Shown here: positions 13,421-26,019 of the stretch, piece by piece
Position numbering within the stretch: position 1 is the first letter of the stretch
Layout: every line of letters begins with the position of its first letter
NCBI GenBank assembly: GCA_043228905.1
Contig: JBHGNT010000022.1
Span: 6,076,001-6,140,000 of the forward strand
Reading direction: 5' to 3'
DNA: 64,000 bases
From: Azolla caroliniana
Lineage: Eukaryota > Plantae > Polypodiophyta
Translations under genes and position numbers: made by a program
The notes under the pieces: model-generated
The model's input: only the letters and a program-made list of their open reading frames with translations
What the model was told of the DNA's origin: nothing
The model's database searches: none

Positions 13421-14692
13421 GTGCACAGCGACGAGAAGGAGGTAATACTACGGGAGGCACACTGCGGAGTCGCCGGAGGCTATTATGCCGGAGATGCGAC
13501 GGCAAGGAAAGTATGGCAAAGTGGCCTATGGTGGCCAACCACATTGAAAGATGCAGTCCGGTATGCGAAGGAGTGTAATCTATGCCAACGAATGGGTCAG
13601 CCAACAAAACAAGCTCGAATGCCACACCAGCCAGTCCTACCAATAGAACCATTCCAGAAATGGGGGTTGGATTTCGTCGGGCCATTTAAACCACCGGCAA
13701 TGAGAACTGGCAACCGGTACATGATCGTCGCGACGGATTACTGCACTAAGTGGGTGGAAGCGAAAGCCCTACGAGACAACACCGCGGTGCCAACAGCGAA
13801 ATTCTTATACGAATGCATTTGGTGCCGGTACGGATGCCCCATAGAACTGATAAACGACCAAGGAGGGCCCTTTCTTGGACAGGTGGTAGAAAGTTTGACG
13901 ACGTTCTATGCGGTAGTACATAAAAGAAGCACATCGTACTATCCGCAAGCAAATGGGTTAGCTGAGTCGACGAACAAAACGCTCCAAAATATCCTCCGGA
14001 AGATCGTCAATGAAAATTGGACAGATTGGGACACAAAGCTGCACAGTGCGCTCTGGGCTTACCGGACAACGTACAAACCAAGCATCCAGACAACACCGTT
14101 CCGGTTAGCATTCGGATTGGAGGCAGTCATGCCGGTCGAGTTCCAGGTACCAAGCTTACGGATTCAGATTTGGGAACGATTGAACGAAAAGGAATCGGAG
14201 GCAATTCCATTAAAGGCTCTGTGCGAACTGGAAGAACACCGACTGGCAAGCATTATGCACCTGGAATTGGAACAACGGAGACAGAAAGCATTTGTAGATC
14301 GGCACCGGAAGGGAAACGAAAAAATGTTCGGGACTGGCAAGACGGTAGTCGTGTTCCAGACCCGGATGGGCAAAATGCGAGGTAAACTACGGTTTAGATG
14401 GACCGGACCATACTGGATCACACACGAGTTCAATGGGTCCTACTAGTTGGGGACACTTGCCGGAGAACTGCTGGGCAAATGGGTCAACGGATTTAGATTA
14501 AAACCATACAAAGGACCTATGCCTAAGAACCCATTTGAACGAAGGGCCGCCACCGAATCAGACACTGGCAGGTCAACCATAACAGCAACCACCAAGCCAG
14601 TAAGTAGGAGCATGAGCCGGCAACTGAGGAGAGAAGAACGACGGCAAACCGACAAGAGGCCGGCAAGTTGCACATTTTGGGCAAAGGTCTGA
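13421..14692 (+). pseudogene. Ty3/gypsy integrase (non-chromovirus, Athila/Tat-like) with GPY/F motif
   Basis: AHCG...WWPT...CNLCQ zinc-binding region, WGLDFVGP, DQG, QANGLAESTNK, RWTGPY, VNGFRLKPY. One internal stop at 14444-14446. Confidence 0.92.
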
Positions 14693-15134
14693 CAGTACCG
14701 GAGAAAAATTAACCACACAAGTAAGTTTTAAAAATAAAAATAAATAAATAAAAAGAGAATAAAGGAGCAAATCAAATAGATCATGGAAAGGAGTGGTGGA
14801 AACGGCCATGCACACAAGGAGTAAAGAGGCACGTCGAAAAGGTACGAGGAGCTATGAATAGGACATTAAAACCACCGCCACATGGCACACAATGCTATTA
14901 TAGTACACGACCTGCACATGCGGAGGCTTGAAAAAGGCTCCAAGATGCAGAGAGAAAAACCCCCACGCATTGAGACCTTCTGCTATCGCGAACCAAGGAG
15001 AACAGATGCAGAGCGACGCGTGAAGATAAATCGTAGAGAGCTCACACACAGAGAACCCCCTCCCTCAGAACTTTCTCTCTCACATTCTCCCCACCATCAA
15101 ACCTCTCCAACGCTCTCCGATCTCGACGCAGAGA

Positions 15135-17827
15135 TGGACTGCCAAACGCTGTCTGAAGCCGCCAAGAAATGGTTATGGCAGCACGGTCTGGAGGGTTTCT
15201 TAACGATCATGAAGGCAGCGCCACACAAGGAGGCCGAGAAGACTATAAAAGAAATCGACACGAAGGTGATCACGGAGGAGGCGATCCATGCGTTAATAGG
15301 CCTTCCGGAGGGCGGTATCTACACGATCGACAATCCTACCCCCGAGCAACTCATCAAATATTTCGGTGAGTACTCTCTAGCCAGCAAGGGCTATAGGACA
15401 CAGGGCGGTGAAGATATGCTATTCCGGGAAATTTCCCGTGTGCTCCACGAGTTCGGCCACGTGTACCCTCGACCCCCCGTCATGCCTCAGAACCGAGCAG
15501 GCTTGATCATCACAACGTACGAAGGGGTCAAGGTAGATTGGCCGGTGTTGATCGCAGACGGGCTGTGTACGGCCATTGATATAGTAAGGGGAAAGGACGG
15601 TAAGGAAGGCCGGAAAATATGGCATGCGGTGATACAATGGCTCACCCTGTTGGCGCCATCGGTCGAGCCCGTCCAAACCAAGAAGTGGGGAAGAGCAACG
15701 GACGGCACCCCGAAACCTGCTTCGAAACAACGGACGAAGGAGCGTGCCAGCTGGAAGCGACCGACGGACACGCACGAGGAGACACCGGCACGGCCCTTGA
15801 AGAGCCCACTCCACCAACCACGGCAGCAGGAAACGGACACCTTGGCGGCAAGAATGAATGTCGGGACTCAGGTGGAAGAAATGGAGGAAGAACCCACAGA
15901 GCACCTCCAGCGGAGGCCAGTGAAGAGCACCGTTGAATCAGCCGGGAAGCATTCGGACCCACAGAAGGATGGAACGCCCGCAACTCACGCTGAGCAACCT
16001 ATGCCAAGGGAGGAACCGGTCCCAAAAGTCCCGGCACAACAGGCAGCACCGGCAAGCCCCGTCACCCAAGAGTCGGAGATACAAAGGCCAACCGCCCCAG
16101 TTGGCCAAGAACAAGCAGACAAGGGGCGACTAGCTGAAACACCCTCAGAGCCGGAATGGCAAAGTGGTCAGCCGGTAGAACCATAAGTGCAGCTTGACGC
16201 AGAAAGGCGGAACCAGCCACCAGCGAGTGAACCCATCAGCCAACTCTCCGTGCAAGCGCAACAACAGTGCACCGGCAACCAATGGCTACGTTGGATAGGA
16301 GACCAAATTGCCGGAGTAGTCGGATACATAGAGGCGGAGGACAGAGCGCAAACTGAACAATTGCTCATCACAACCGATGAACTGGAGACGGCCCGGTCAA
16401 GGATCCAGTGCCTAGAACAAGACTTGGATTGGATCACAGGTGATATGGCCAAAATGGCCTTAACCGCAACGCAGGTCCAAGCACCGGTGACTCCGGTTAA
16501 TGTATAGAAGAATAAGACCCCGGAGACACAAACTGTCCCGGAGAAAGAGGCGGCGCAAGCCCAAGATCTTGCGGAATTACGAGATGAGCTAGCTGCACAA
16601 GAAGCATTACGAAGCCACGAACGCGACTTGAAGAAGGCGGCCGAAGAAGAATTAGGAAAGACTGTTGAGAACCTTCGCCGGGCAGAGGAAAACCTGCGTA
16701 AAGGACATCATGCTTACGACCGGCTGAAGGAGGAAAAAGAGAAAGTGATGCAGGAAAAAGACAACTTGCGACGGATGGCGGAAACGTAAATCGAGCGGCT
16801 GAAGGAAAAGCTCCGGCAACAGAAGGACCGGGAGGACCGCGCGCGCCGTCAGATAAACCAAAGGCTGAAGCAGAAGACCGATGATTTCGATCATCTGCAT
16901 CGGGACTACAAGCAACTGGAGACGGAGCATCAGCAACAGATGGCCGAGCTCCGGCAAGAGGTTGATAAGGCCACAACGGCACTCGCCGAAGAACAAGCGG
17001 AAAGTTCCAGGCTATTGGAGGAAGCGGCGAATGACCGGATGGAGCTCCACAAACAGAACCATGAAGACAACGAAAGAGCGACAATGGTACTACAGAGGTT
17101 GCAAACAACCTATCAAATTCAATTGTCACATTATAAGGAGCAGGAGGCAGACACGGTTCGGATCATCAAGCAGTTGAAGGAAGAGCGACAAGCCGCAGAA
17201 AATAAATCATAGATGGGAGCCGAACGGATCCAGTGCATCCTCCGGTCATGGCTCACTAAAACCAAAAGCTTGATTGATGACAACTCTGTGCATTGGTGGG
17301 CAAAATGGGCGCAGAATGCCGCGGAACTCCAATTGCTTAGGGCGGACGTTGAAAACCGGTGAAAGGAGGGCGACGACTGCTATATGCTGACCTCGGAGGA
17401 CTTGACCACCATTAGGGACGAGTTGGTAGAAGATTTCACAGCCCGGGCGGATGAACAATTGGTGCAGGTCCGGCAGCTCGTAGCTCAACTGGATGATGAT
17501 CGGCTGGAGGCTCATATCCAGTTCGAAAGCTATGAGCAGTCCCAGCTCCGGGAAGAAAAAGTGCGAAAGGCGGCAACGGTCAACCTTAGTGATGAGGAAC
17601 CGTCGCCAGTGCAAAGACCGGAGGGGGAACAGGCCGGGGTCAGTGAGCCATAGACAACTCCGACGGAGGAACCAACGACGTAAACACCGGTGCCAGAGCC
17701 ACAAACGGAGCCACAAACGGAGCCACAAACGGAACAACAACAACAGCTACAACAACAACAACAGATTACCGATGAGCCATTGGAAATTTTGGAGCAAAGC
17801 ATTCTGGACATTCTGGATGAAGCGTAA
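15135..17827 (+). pseudogene. Additional sense-strand ORF of gypsy element Y, between pol and the 3' LTR
   Basis: Long reading frame broken by stops and frameshifts (ORFs 14882-16186, 16187-16507, 16940-17212, 17384-17653). Globular N-terminal part (GYRTQ...GVKVDW), a P/E/Q-rich linker, and a coiled-coil-like C-terminal part. Confidence 0.75.
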
Positions 17828-17881
17828 AAGGGCCGGATAGTGGGTTTAACGTACAAGGTACTGTCCCACAGGCGTGCCATG

Positions 17882-18350
17882 TGTTACTGACCGGCGAAGA
17901 AGGCTTAAGGAGGTCCAAACCAGAGTGTGAAAGGAATAGTTATTCGAGAACTGTTGTAATTAGTAGTCTTAATATATACATATTATTATATAAGAAGATG
18001 TGGACGGACAGACCAGAATCGGTATGCTGATCCGGATCCGGATCCGGAACGATTTCGTAAAGGTGCTGTTTGGCACCATTTTGTATTTCGCACCGGAGAC
18101 CTATATAAAGGCCCGGTTACAATGTAATCAGGAGTGGATAATTAATAAAGCTTATTGTCTTAATCTTCAAGTGTTGATTATTGTTCTGTATTTATTATTA
18201 TATCTTACGCGTGTTAATTATGGATGGCTAAGTAATCGATTAAGGTCTAATTAAGCGTTGTGCCATAAGTCATTCTGTCGTACCACCCTTTGGTGACGTG
18301 TCTTAAGTGGACATCTTGTGTTAGGTAGTTGTCCGGCCCTAGCAATAACA
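17882..18350 (+). repeat. 3' LTR of gypsy element Y (469 bp)
   Basis: TGTTA...TAACA termini, internal TATATAAA, followed by the GAAGG TSD. Confidence 0.85.
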
Positions 18351-20525
18351 GAAGGATCCCGTCCAGCGGTACGGGTACAATGAATACATGGCGCATCACT
18401 ATGCTTACATGACTAAGGTGGTGGAAGTGCGTGAGCCGGAGAGCTACGTAGAAGCGGCCAAGGACGCAAATTGACGTGCCGCTATGGAAGAAAAAATGTG
18501 GGCACTTGATGTCAACAAGACATGGGACCTGGTTGACCCTCCTCGTCACTATAAACTGATCGGATGCAAGTGGATATACAAGGTAAAGGACAACGCCGAC
18601 GGTTTTATTAACCGGTATAAAGCCCGGTTAGTGGCGAAGGGATACATGTAGACCCACGGAATCGACTACGACGAGACCTTCGCTCCGGTAGCGAAGATGA
18701 CGACGGTTCGTGTGGTGCTGGTAGTTGCTGCAGCAAGGGGGTGGCATCCTCACCAGATGGATGTGAAGAATGCGTTTCTTCAGGGTGATCTTGAAGAAGA
18801 AGTCTTTATGACTCAGCCCCCCAGCTTTGAATCGGAGATGAACAAGTCGGCGGTATGCCGGCTGAAGAAGTCGTTGTACGGCCTGAAGCAAGCTCCTCAA
18901 GCTTGGAATGCGAAGATCACGCACCGGTTGCGTAAGATGGGGTTTGTGGCCTCCAAATTGGATTCTTCGTTGTTCATCTGGCAAGGCTCAGCTGGTCCGG
19001 TATGTATACTACTGTATGTTGATGATCTAGTCATCACCGGACCGGGTGTTCCAGAAATCAACTACGTCAAGTCCCTATTGTCGGACGCATTTGAGATGAA
19101 GGACCTGGGGTACCTTCATTATTTTCTAGGGATCGAGGTGATCCGAACCCTTGACGGCATATTACTCTCACAACGACATTACGCCTTGAATATGTTGTAG
19201 AAGTTCGGCATGACAGAATATCGACCTCTCTCCATACCCTTAGACCGGAACCAGAAGCTCCGTCCCAACACCGGACCGGCCTACAATGAGAAACGGTTCC
19301 GACAAATTGTCGGAAGCCTTATTTACCTGACTATCACACGACCTTACATCAGCTATCCGGTCAGAATGATAAGTCAGTTCATGCTGAAGCCGACCGTGGA
19401 GCAACTTCACTACGCGCAACGGATACTGCGATATATAAGCGACACGAAGGACTGAGGACTATTATACCGGCGAGGTATAACCGAATAGCTCGTCGGTTAC
19501 ACCGATGCCAACTGGGCCGGCGATGCATCAGATCGCCGATCAACCTCCGGTTACATGTTTTCCCTAAGTAGTGCGGTTGTTGCATGTAGCAGCAAAAAGC
19601 AGCCAACAGTTGCTCTGTCGAGCACTGAGGCTGAGTATCGGGGTGCTACCATTGCCACCTGTGAAGCCATCTGGCTTCGGCGACTACTGCAAGACTTACG
19701 GATTGAGGTACCGACCCCGATTCTGGTCTACTGCGACAAATAAGCAACATGCAACTCACCAAGAACCCTGTGTTCCATGCTCGCACGAAGCACATAGAAG
19801 TGCATTATCACTTTGTGCGTGAACGGGTCCTGAGCGGTGAAGTTGAACTACGGTATGTTCACACGGATCGGCAAGTAGCTGACATCTTCACCAAGCTGCT
19901 CGGATCGGACAAGTTGCAACACTTTACCGACATGCTTGGTGTTCAGCATCTCCACGTGCCACACTTGAGGGGGAGAACGGGCAAAGACACCGGAACGGGC
20001 AAAGGCAAAGAGATTGTCGATTGCGCCGGGGAGGGAAGAACAGAAGGTGACAGAGTCAAGAAGGACAGAGCCGACCGAAGGAAGAAGTCCAAGACCCGGA
20101 CATGGTCCGATGTGGTGAAGGGCTTGGAACCAGAAGACGAATCGGGAGCAACCGATTCGGACAAGAGTTGGAACGAATCGGAGACAGTCGATTCGGTTCA
20201 AAAGACAGATTCGGAAGAACCAGATCAATTCAAGGCCAAGCAGACACGGATGCAGCGGAAGTCGATGCCATTGCGGAGGAACGGACAGATTGGCAAGCAC
20301 CGGAGTCATAGCAACAAAGGAGCTGAGAGGGGCCTATTGAGCAGACATGCCGACCAAGAAGGTCGAGGCGTGCAGAACCAGAAGGGTCGCGGCAAACGGG
20401 ACTGGACCGGACAAGGAGTGCGAGCAAGGCGAAGTGATACCAAGATAAGTCGGTTGAAAGAACCGACTGCCACAGAGACTCACACTAAGATCCAACCTCA
20501 AGTTGAGCTTGAGGGGGAGTGTTGA
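18351..20525 (+). pseudogene. Copia RT-RNase H with basic C-terminal extension
   Basis: YKARLVAKGY, QMDVKNAFLQG, LYVDDL, STEAEY, ARTKHIEVHYHFVRE. The frame stays open to QPQVELEGEC* at the 3' LTR start. Confidence 0.92.
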
Positions 20526-20941
20526 CCAGCAAGCTCAACTGGAGCCGGATCGGCTGAATAAGCCTGAGCCGGCAAGCGAGACGGATCGGTAAGCTACAAG
20601 CAACCGAGCCGGCAAGCAACAAAGCCGGTGAGCTGCGGAGCTGGTTTGCCGGATCCAATCAGTAACCGGAAGCCTAGTACTAGTGTAGACTATTAGGCAA
20701 TTATAGTCTTGTAGTAAGTGTCAGATGCTCGTGTGAGCATTGAAGTACGCGGTACTTCTGTCAGTCCCACGACGACTTGTATAAATAATGCTACTGAGCA
20801 TAGTTGTAAGGACAGAGGCATATATCGTTTTTGAATATAGCTTTTACGTTCTGCTCTCTCTGTCTCTCCCGCATACTCTGTGTATTCCTTACCTTCTCTA
20901 TTTTCTAACGCTTCTAACGCTTCCGCATATAGTCGTTTACA

Positions 20942-22252
20942 AAGTTCATTAAACACAACTTTATTTATTCATGGAAAGCCCATTAGTTGAAGACTTGCAT
21001 ATCTGATTTTTGACATGATATAGTAGTCCCTGTTGTAGATTTCGCAGAATAAAATACTTTCAAGGAGCAGAATGAAATTCAATCCATGCATTGGGAATCA
21101 GTGCAAGTAACCATTTTGTTGCACATAACTTACTATCGAGTTTTAGTTGATGTTAAGAAATCCATTGATTTCTTTATATATGATGATAAGAAGCATGATA
21201 CCTTGTTTGTCCAACATTGTTTTAAGTTACATTGGCATTGGTTATTACGTCAACATTTGGAGCTTACTCAAAATTGGGTTTGGTCTGATGGAGCTACATC
21301 ATAATTCAAGGCTAGACGACCATTTTATTTTGTTTGGAGGTATCCTTTAGGAACATGTTTGGAGCTGTGATAGAATTTTCTCGAGTCCAGCCATGGAAAA
21401 GGTGAACATGATGGACAGGTGTAATTATAAAGTGGGTACTTACCCATGAACAACTAAAGGCCAATGGTGTGCATATGAATTGTGCAGCTCATGTAGTCGA
21501 TTTTTTAAGAACTAATATGTCAAGGAGTGCAACTGGTGTTTTTTCCTCACAGGTTCGAGATATCAAACACATTGTTTGGGAATTGAGGATAGATGAAGTA
21601 AATAGGGAGAAGACATGGGAGTGCCAAGGAATTCCCGAATTGCGTTTTCTCCACTCTATTCGGGATTATTCTATGAGGGATAGTCATTGTATTGGAGTTA
21701 CAGAGTTAACATGTTTTTGCTACCATTGTGTGCTGGCAAATTGGAGGGAATGTTTAAACAAAGCATATATTTTGAATTGGGAGTATCATACGTTGATCGA
21801 AAAGGAAGCAACTAAAGGAGAGATAGGAAAAACATAGGAGTTCACATATCAGGGATGTGGAGACACTCTAAGTGATGTCATGTACGTTGGGGATATATTC
21901 GTTGTAAATGCAGAAGAAGGAAACTCAAAGGGTGCTGATTTTTTACTTATTGAAGTGCATGGTTTGTAAACAATGTGCAACACAAAATAATGTAGAAGCT
22001 TGGGGAAATTTTGTATCTACTAGGACATTCTACATCAAACATATTTTTTATGCTAGACTAGATGAATACGATTATGTGTACAAACTTTTCGAAGAAAAAC
22101 CTATATGTACTCCCATCAGTAGCCTATATGTACTCCCATTTGGTGAAGCACATCAAAGTACAAATGTCGCAATACAAGAGCTAGACATATTTATAAACAA
22201 TTAGTGCTGATGTGTATGAATGTATTTACAACACTATGCCATGGAATTTGTA
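20942..22252 (+). pseudogene. Sola2-like transposase F1 copy A, catalytic and 3' part
   Basis: VVDFAE, EQNEIQSMHW, DDKKHDT, WVWSDGA, SSHGKGEHDG, LTCFCYHC. Multiple stops and frameshifts. Confidence 0.85.
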
Positions 22253-22299
22253 GCTCCCGTGAGATCATACTATAAATCTTGCAAAATTGACAAACCAAT

Positions 22300-23640
22300 T
22301 GTTGGCCGGTTCGGACGACCATGTGTGAAAGGGCCAAAAAGTGGTTATTGTTTGAACAAAAAGTGGGTGGGCCAAGTGAGGCTGTAAAGAAAGCATGTCG
22401 TAAAAATAGCGAATATTTAATATTAGTAATGGTTCATGCTCAGTTCGTAACCGTCCATGATCCCTGTAAAAAGGGACATGGAAAGCCTATAAAAACTAAT
22501 CGAATAGTACTATATCAATCTGCCTTTGAAATAGAAAATTTGTTTCTTGATATCTTGTGTTCTGTGTCAAAATCTGTTAGAACCAAGAGAAAAGATAGAG
22601 TGGCGGAAGAAAGATGTAAAGAGATGACAAGAAGAGAGGATGAAGTGATAAGAGAAGAATGAATGTATTAAGATAGAATGATAATGGATACAAGATAGGC
22701 GCTGAGAGCTTAAGACTGGTGTTGATTCAAATTGGTTTGAGAAGAATTGTATATCTATATTTATAAGTTCCTATAGAATAGCCTAGAGATTTCTAGAATG
22801 TTCTAGACCTAGAATATTAAGATGTTCTAGGATATTCTAGAATGTTCCAGAGTATTTACAATAATCAATGTATTACTAGAAGTATCTTTTATCATCTCAT
22901 ATCATTATAGGCTATCGTAATGGTTAGGTTCTTGATTATGTATTACAAGGTCTTGGGTTCAAACCATTGTGAAGCCATGATGTTTATGTATTCATGACAC
23001 TATCTCCCCTTCGAGAATGACGAGTGGAAGGCGGTGTTAACAATGTAGAGCCCGAGTTGTTTGGATAGTGGCAATGGAAGTCGTCGACAAGAGCTTGAGC
23101 ATTAGAAACATTATTGACGGGTTCCCAAGTGCGATCACTCGGAGGATAGCCTACCCAATCAACTAGATAATAGAGCTTACGTTGTACAATCTTAGAATCG
23201 AGAATAGTAGCTACTTCGTATTCGGGGTCGTCAGCAAGTCGGACAAAGGGTGAAGGTGGCACGACATGATTAGGAATGGAAGAGATGCGACAAGGTTCCA
23301 AAAGAGAGTTATGAAAAAGACTAGGTGAATCCGCATGTATGTTGGAAGATCACGCCTCCACCAATTGATTCTTGGGTTATGTAGCTCGAACCATGGCAAA
23401 CCAAGGAAAATTGGATGCTCTAGGTTACGGATTATGTTAAAGTAAACTACACATCCTAAATCACCTAAGAGTATGTGCATTGGCTCAGACTCTTCGAACA
23501 TCTTCCCGGAATCTATGGGACATCCATCGATCACTATTACGGAAACTAGGCAAGGAAGGGTATGCAAGGATATTTGATGTTTTCGGGCAAAATCTCTATC
23601 CATGAAACAAGAATTGGATGCGGTATCTAAGAGGGCTTGG
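22300..23640 (-). mobile_element. Ty3/gypsy chromovirus remnant: 3' LTR (~22300-22999), chromodomain and protease, internally deleted
   Basis: Chromodomain EYEVATILDSKIVQRKLYYLVDWVGYPPSDRTWEP and protease ALLDT...FMDRDFA...LGLPWFELHNPRINW. Purine tract AGGGGAGATAG before TGTCATG. Homology to the F1 paralog stops at about 22300. Confidence 0.82.
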
Positions 23641-25487
23641 ACCTGAAGTTGACAAATCGTTGTCCTAACTTATACTTGGGCTGGAAAGACTCTACTAACA
23701 TGCTTGGATGAAATGGAACCTAGACTAGGTTGTACAAGTCTACGGTTGTCCAACCAAATGGCTCCTATTTTGGCCAGACTTATTCGTTTGACTCCTCTTC
23801 TAATTGGCTTTGGACTTCAAACTAATTGGACAAGGGTGGATTATTCATAATATTAGAATCACTAAGTGCTTCTAAAAAGGAGGGATGCCAAATCACTCGA
23901 CCATCCCCTAGCAACAACGTGAGATAGACTGAAACCTCCTCGAATTCCGATACAATCGAGGGTTGATGCAAGTCATACCTTGGGTCCTGAGAGGATCACA
24001 TGTGCTTTGCTAACAAGATCCATAACCACATTGTCGTAGTCTCAACATGAATCAAGCCCCCTAAAAAGATGGTAGCTAGCCTTTTTATAAAAGCAAAATT
24101 AAAACCTAGGTCTCAATGTGTTCAGTCGTGATTCCTTTTTATAAAGTGCTCACGTGATAAACTCTTAAGATTTATCCCACACTATACAATTGAATATTAC
24201 AATTCATACCCTCATGCCTTTTAGAAATAACCGGCACATACTCATCATAAGATTAGGGAAAAATATGAAAAACCTATCCCATGATCAATTATGGTTATGA
24301 ATGTATCAATTATGCCTATATAATGTAAATGAGGGTAGGGCACTAATATTTACAAAACAATGAAGGATATGTTCACTAATGTTAGAAAGGGGACAATGTA
24401 ATTAGATAGAATCAATGACACAAGCATGCATCATCATCATCTTGACAACCAACGAATGTAGAGTCTTTTAGAAAAGAACATCTATTCAAGGGACCAAGGA
24501 AGAAGTATTAATATGAAGCACCAATGGCATCCGTTAGGCTATCGTCGTGATGATCACATTACCTCTTTTAAGATAAGAGTCATCCTAATATCAAACAACA
24601 TCGGACATTGATCATAAGTTGGTTATGTCTTGATCATAGCTTGGGTATGGTCAGAAGGAGAAATTTACATTAAACTCAAGCATTATAATAGGTTGTGAAT
24701 ATAGTTTGAGTGATCATCAGAAAAAGTTAGACCAAGAATACTTAATCAACAAAGATCCAGCCATTGGTAACAAGCTAGGAATGAAGGACAAGGGTGAGAG
24801 TCGTGACCATTTTAGGACTCGGAAGTTCAAGTATAATAAAGTTGTTTACACGCCTTTAACACAGTATAGTGAGATGATGAACAACATAGTACCAATAGAA
24901 AACATCAACCACCCTTGTATAAAAGACCAGAGAATTATGTAACATACAGGGTGAATCCAAATATATCTCTTAGTATTCCTATTACCATAATATGGTAGAG
25001 TGCGACTCTAAATAACTTCATTGTAACAATATTAGCTATCTTAATAAAGCTATTTTGGTTTTTCTAATTGGTGCTATTTCTCCTTTACTATCGTCTAAGT
25101 ATACATTAGGTAAAGTGTTCTGGTATTTTGCAAAGAAACCTACGATCTTTATCACACAAAGTCTAGTTGATGCGTGTCCTTGCAACCGCCCTGTTGGTCG
25201 TATATTGATGATTGGAGACCACCGAAATTTTGAGGGTCGATTCCGTCTTCCCCACAGTATGTACATTCCCTTGTGTTTGAGTAGCTATTATAGCCAATTC
25301 AATAGCTTGACGGTTCGCACTAAAGGAAGCCAGTGGACATCAATGGACAAGTAACTAACACAATTGGACGGTTGTATGTCTCGCATGGCCAACAAGAGCT
25401 ACATGACAACAATGTAGAGGCCTAACCCGGGCATCTCTCCATTGGACAAACAAGCAAACGAATGAATGAGAGCACTCGCCACCTGAG

Positions 25488-25525
<38 letters not shown>

Positions 25526-26019
25526 AAGAAAGAAAGAAAGATATATTAACGTCTTCTAAGACCAAAATTCGCCCATGCGACAAATGGTTTACAACAGAAA
25601 TGGCGTATTTACCCATTCATCGAAAATAAAAAATAAAATAAAATAAGATAAGGCTTAAGCTAAAGAGTTCTAGTAAAAAACATGTTCTAGAAACGAAATG
25701 GCTTTATAATAGGCCTAGTTTCATTTCCATCCAAGTACCTCGAAAAGAAGTGGGAGGTCAAATTGTTTCGATGTGGATGTGGCTTGTGGCTTGTGGTCCG
25801 AATGTAAAATATGCCCCAACCATAGCCTTTAGGCAGCGCAACTCACATTCCCTTATTTTCTTAATTGTTTCTACTCCACGTCGAGTTGCTTTGAAACCGG
25901 ACATCCGAGGGCGTTTGGTTGTTCTTTGCTTTTCTACCTTAGCAAGGGAGAGGTCGAGTGGTGTAGGTGTGTCCACATTCATCCTCTCCCCTTGTTCCTG
26001 AAAAGTTTCATTAGTTACA

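Larger units (their letters stand above)
10222..18350 (+). mobile_element. Chimeric Ty3/gypsy insertion: non-autonomous element X fused to the 3' half of autonomous element Y
   Basis: Flanked by GAAGG at 10217-10221 and 18351-18355. LTR-X at 10222-10724 (TGTTA...TAACA) with TGGCGAC PBS-like site at about 10730. Partial LTR-X at 13171-13260, RT scrap DVVAGHEVYSFLDGFSGYNQ, integrase, extra ORF, then LTR-Y at 17882-18350. Confidence 0.88.
8074..20941 (+). mobile_element. Ty1/copia LTR retrotransposon 2, full extent, with integrase-core deletion and nested gypsy insertion
   Basis: LTRs at 8074-8495 and 20520-20941 (422 bp each), TSD AAGTT at 8069-8073 and 20942-20946, PBS TGGTATCAGAGC at 8496-8507, PPT at about 20505-20519. 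gag-PR-GAG-pre-integrase ORF from 8588. RT/RNase H at 18351-19980 with stops. The empty site is seen in the paralog at about 42730 (GGGAAGTTCATT). Confidence 0.97.

Noticed and set aside
23640-26000. Short ORFs between the chromovirus remnant and the LINE
   Set aside because: No recognisable motifs or termini. Probably old TE debris, left unannotated.
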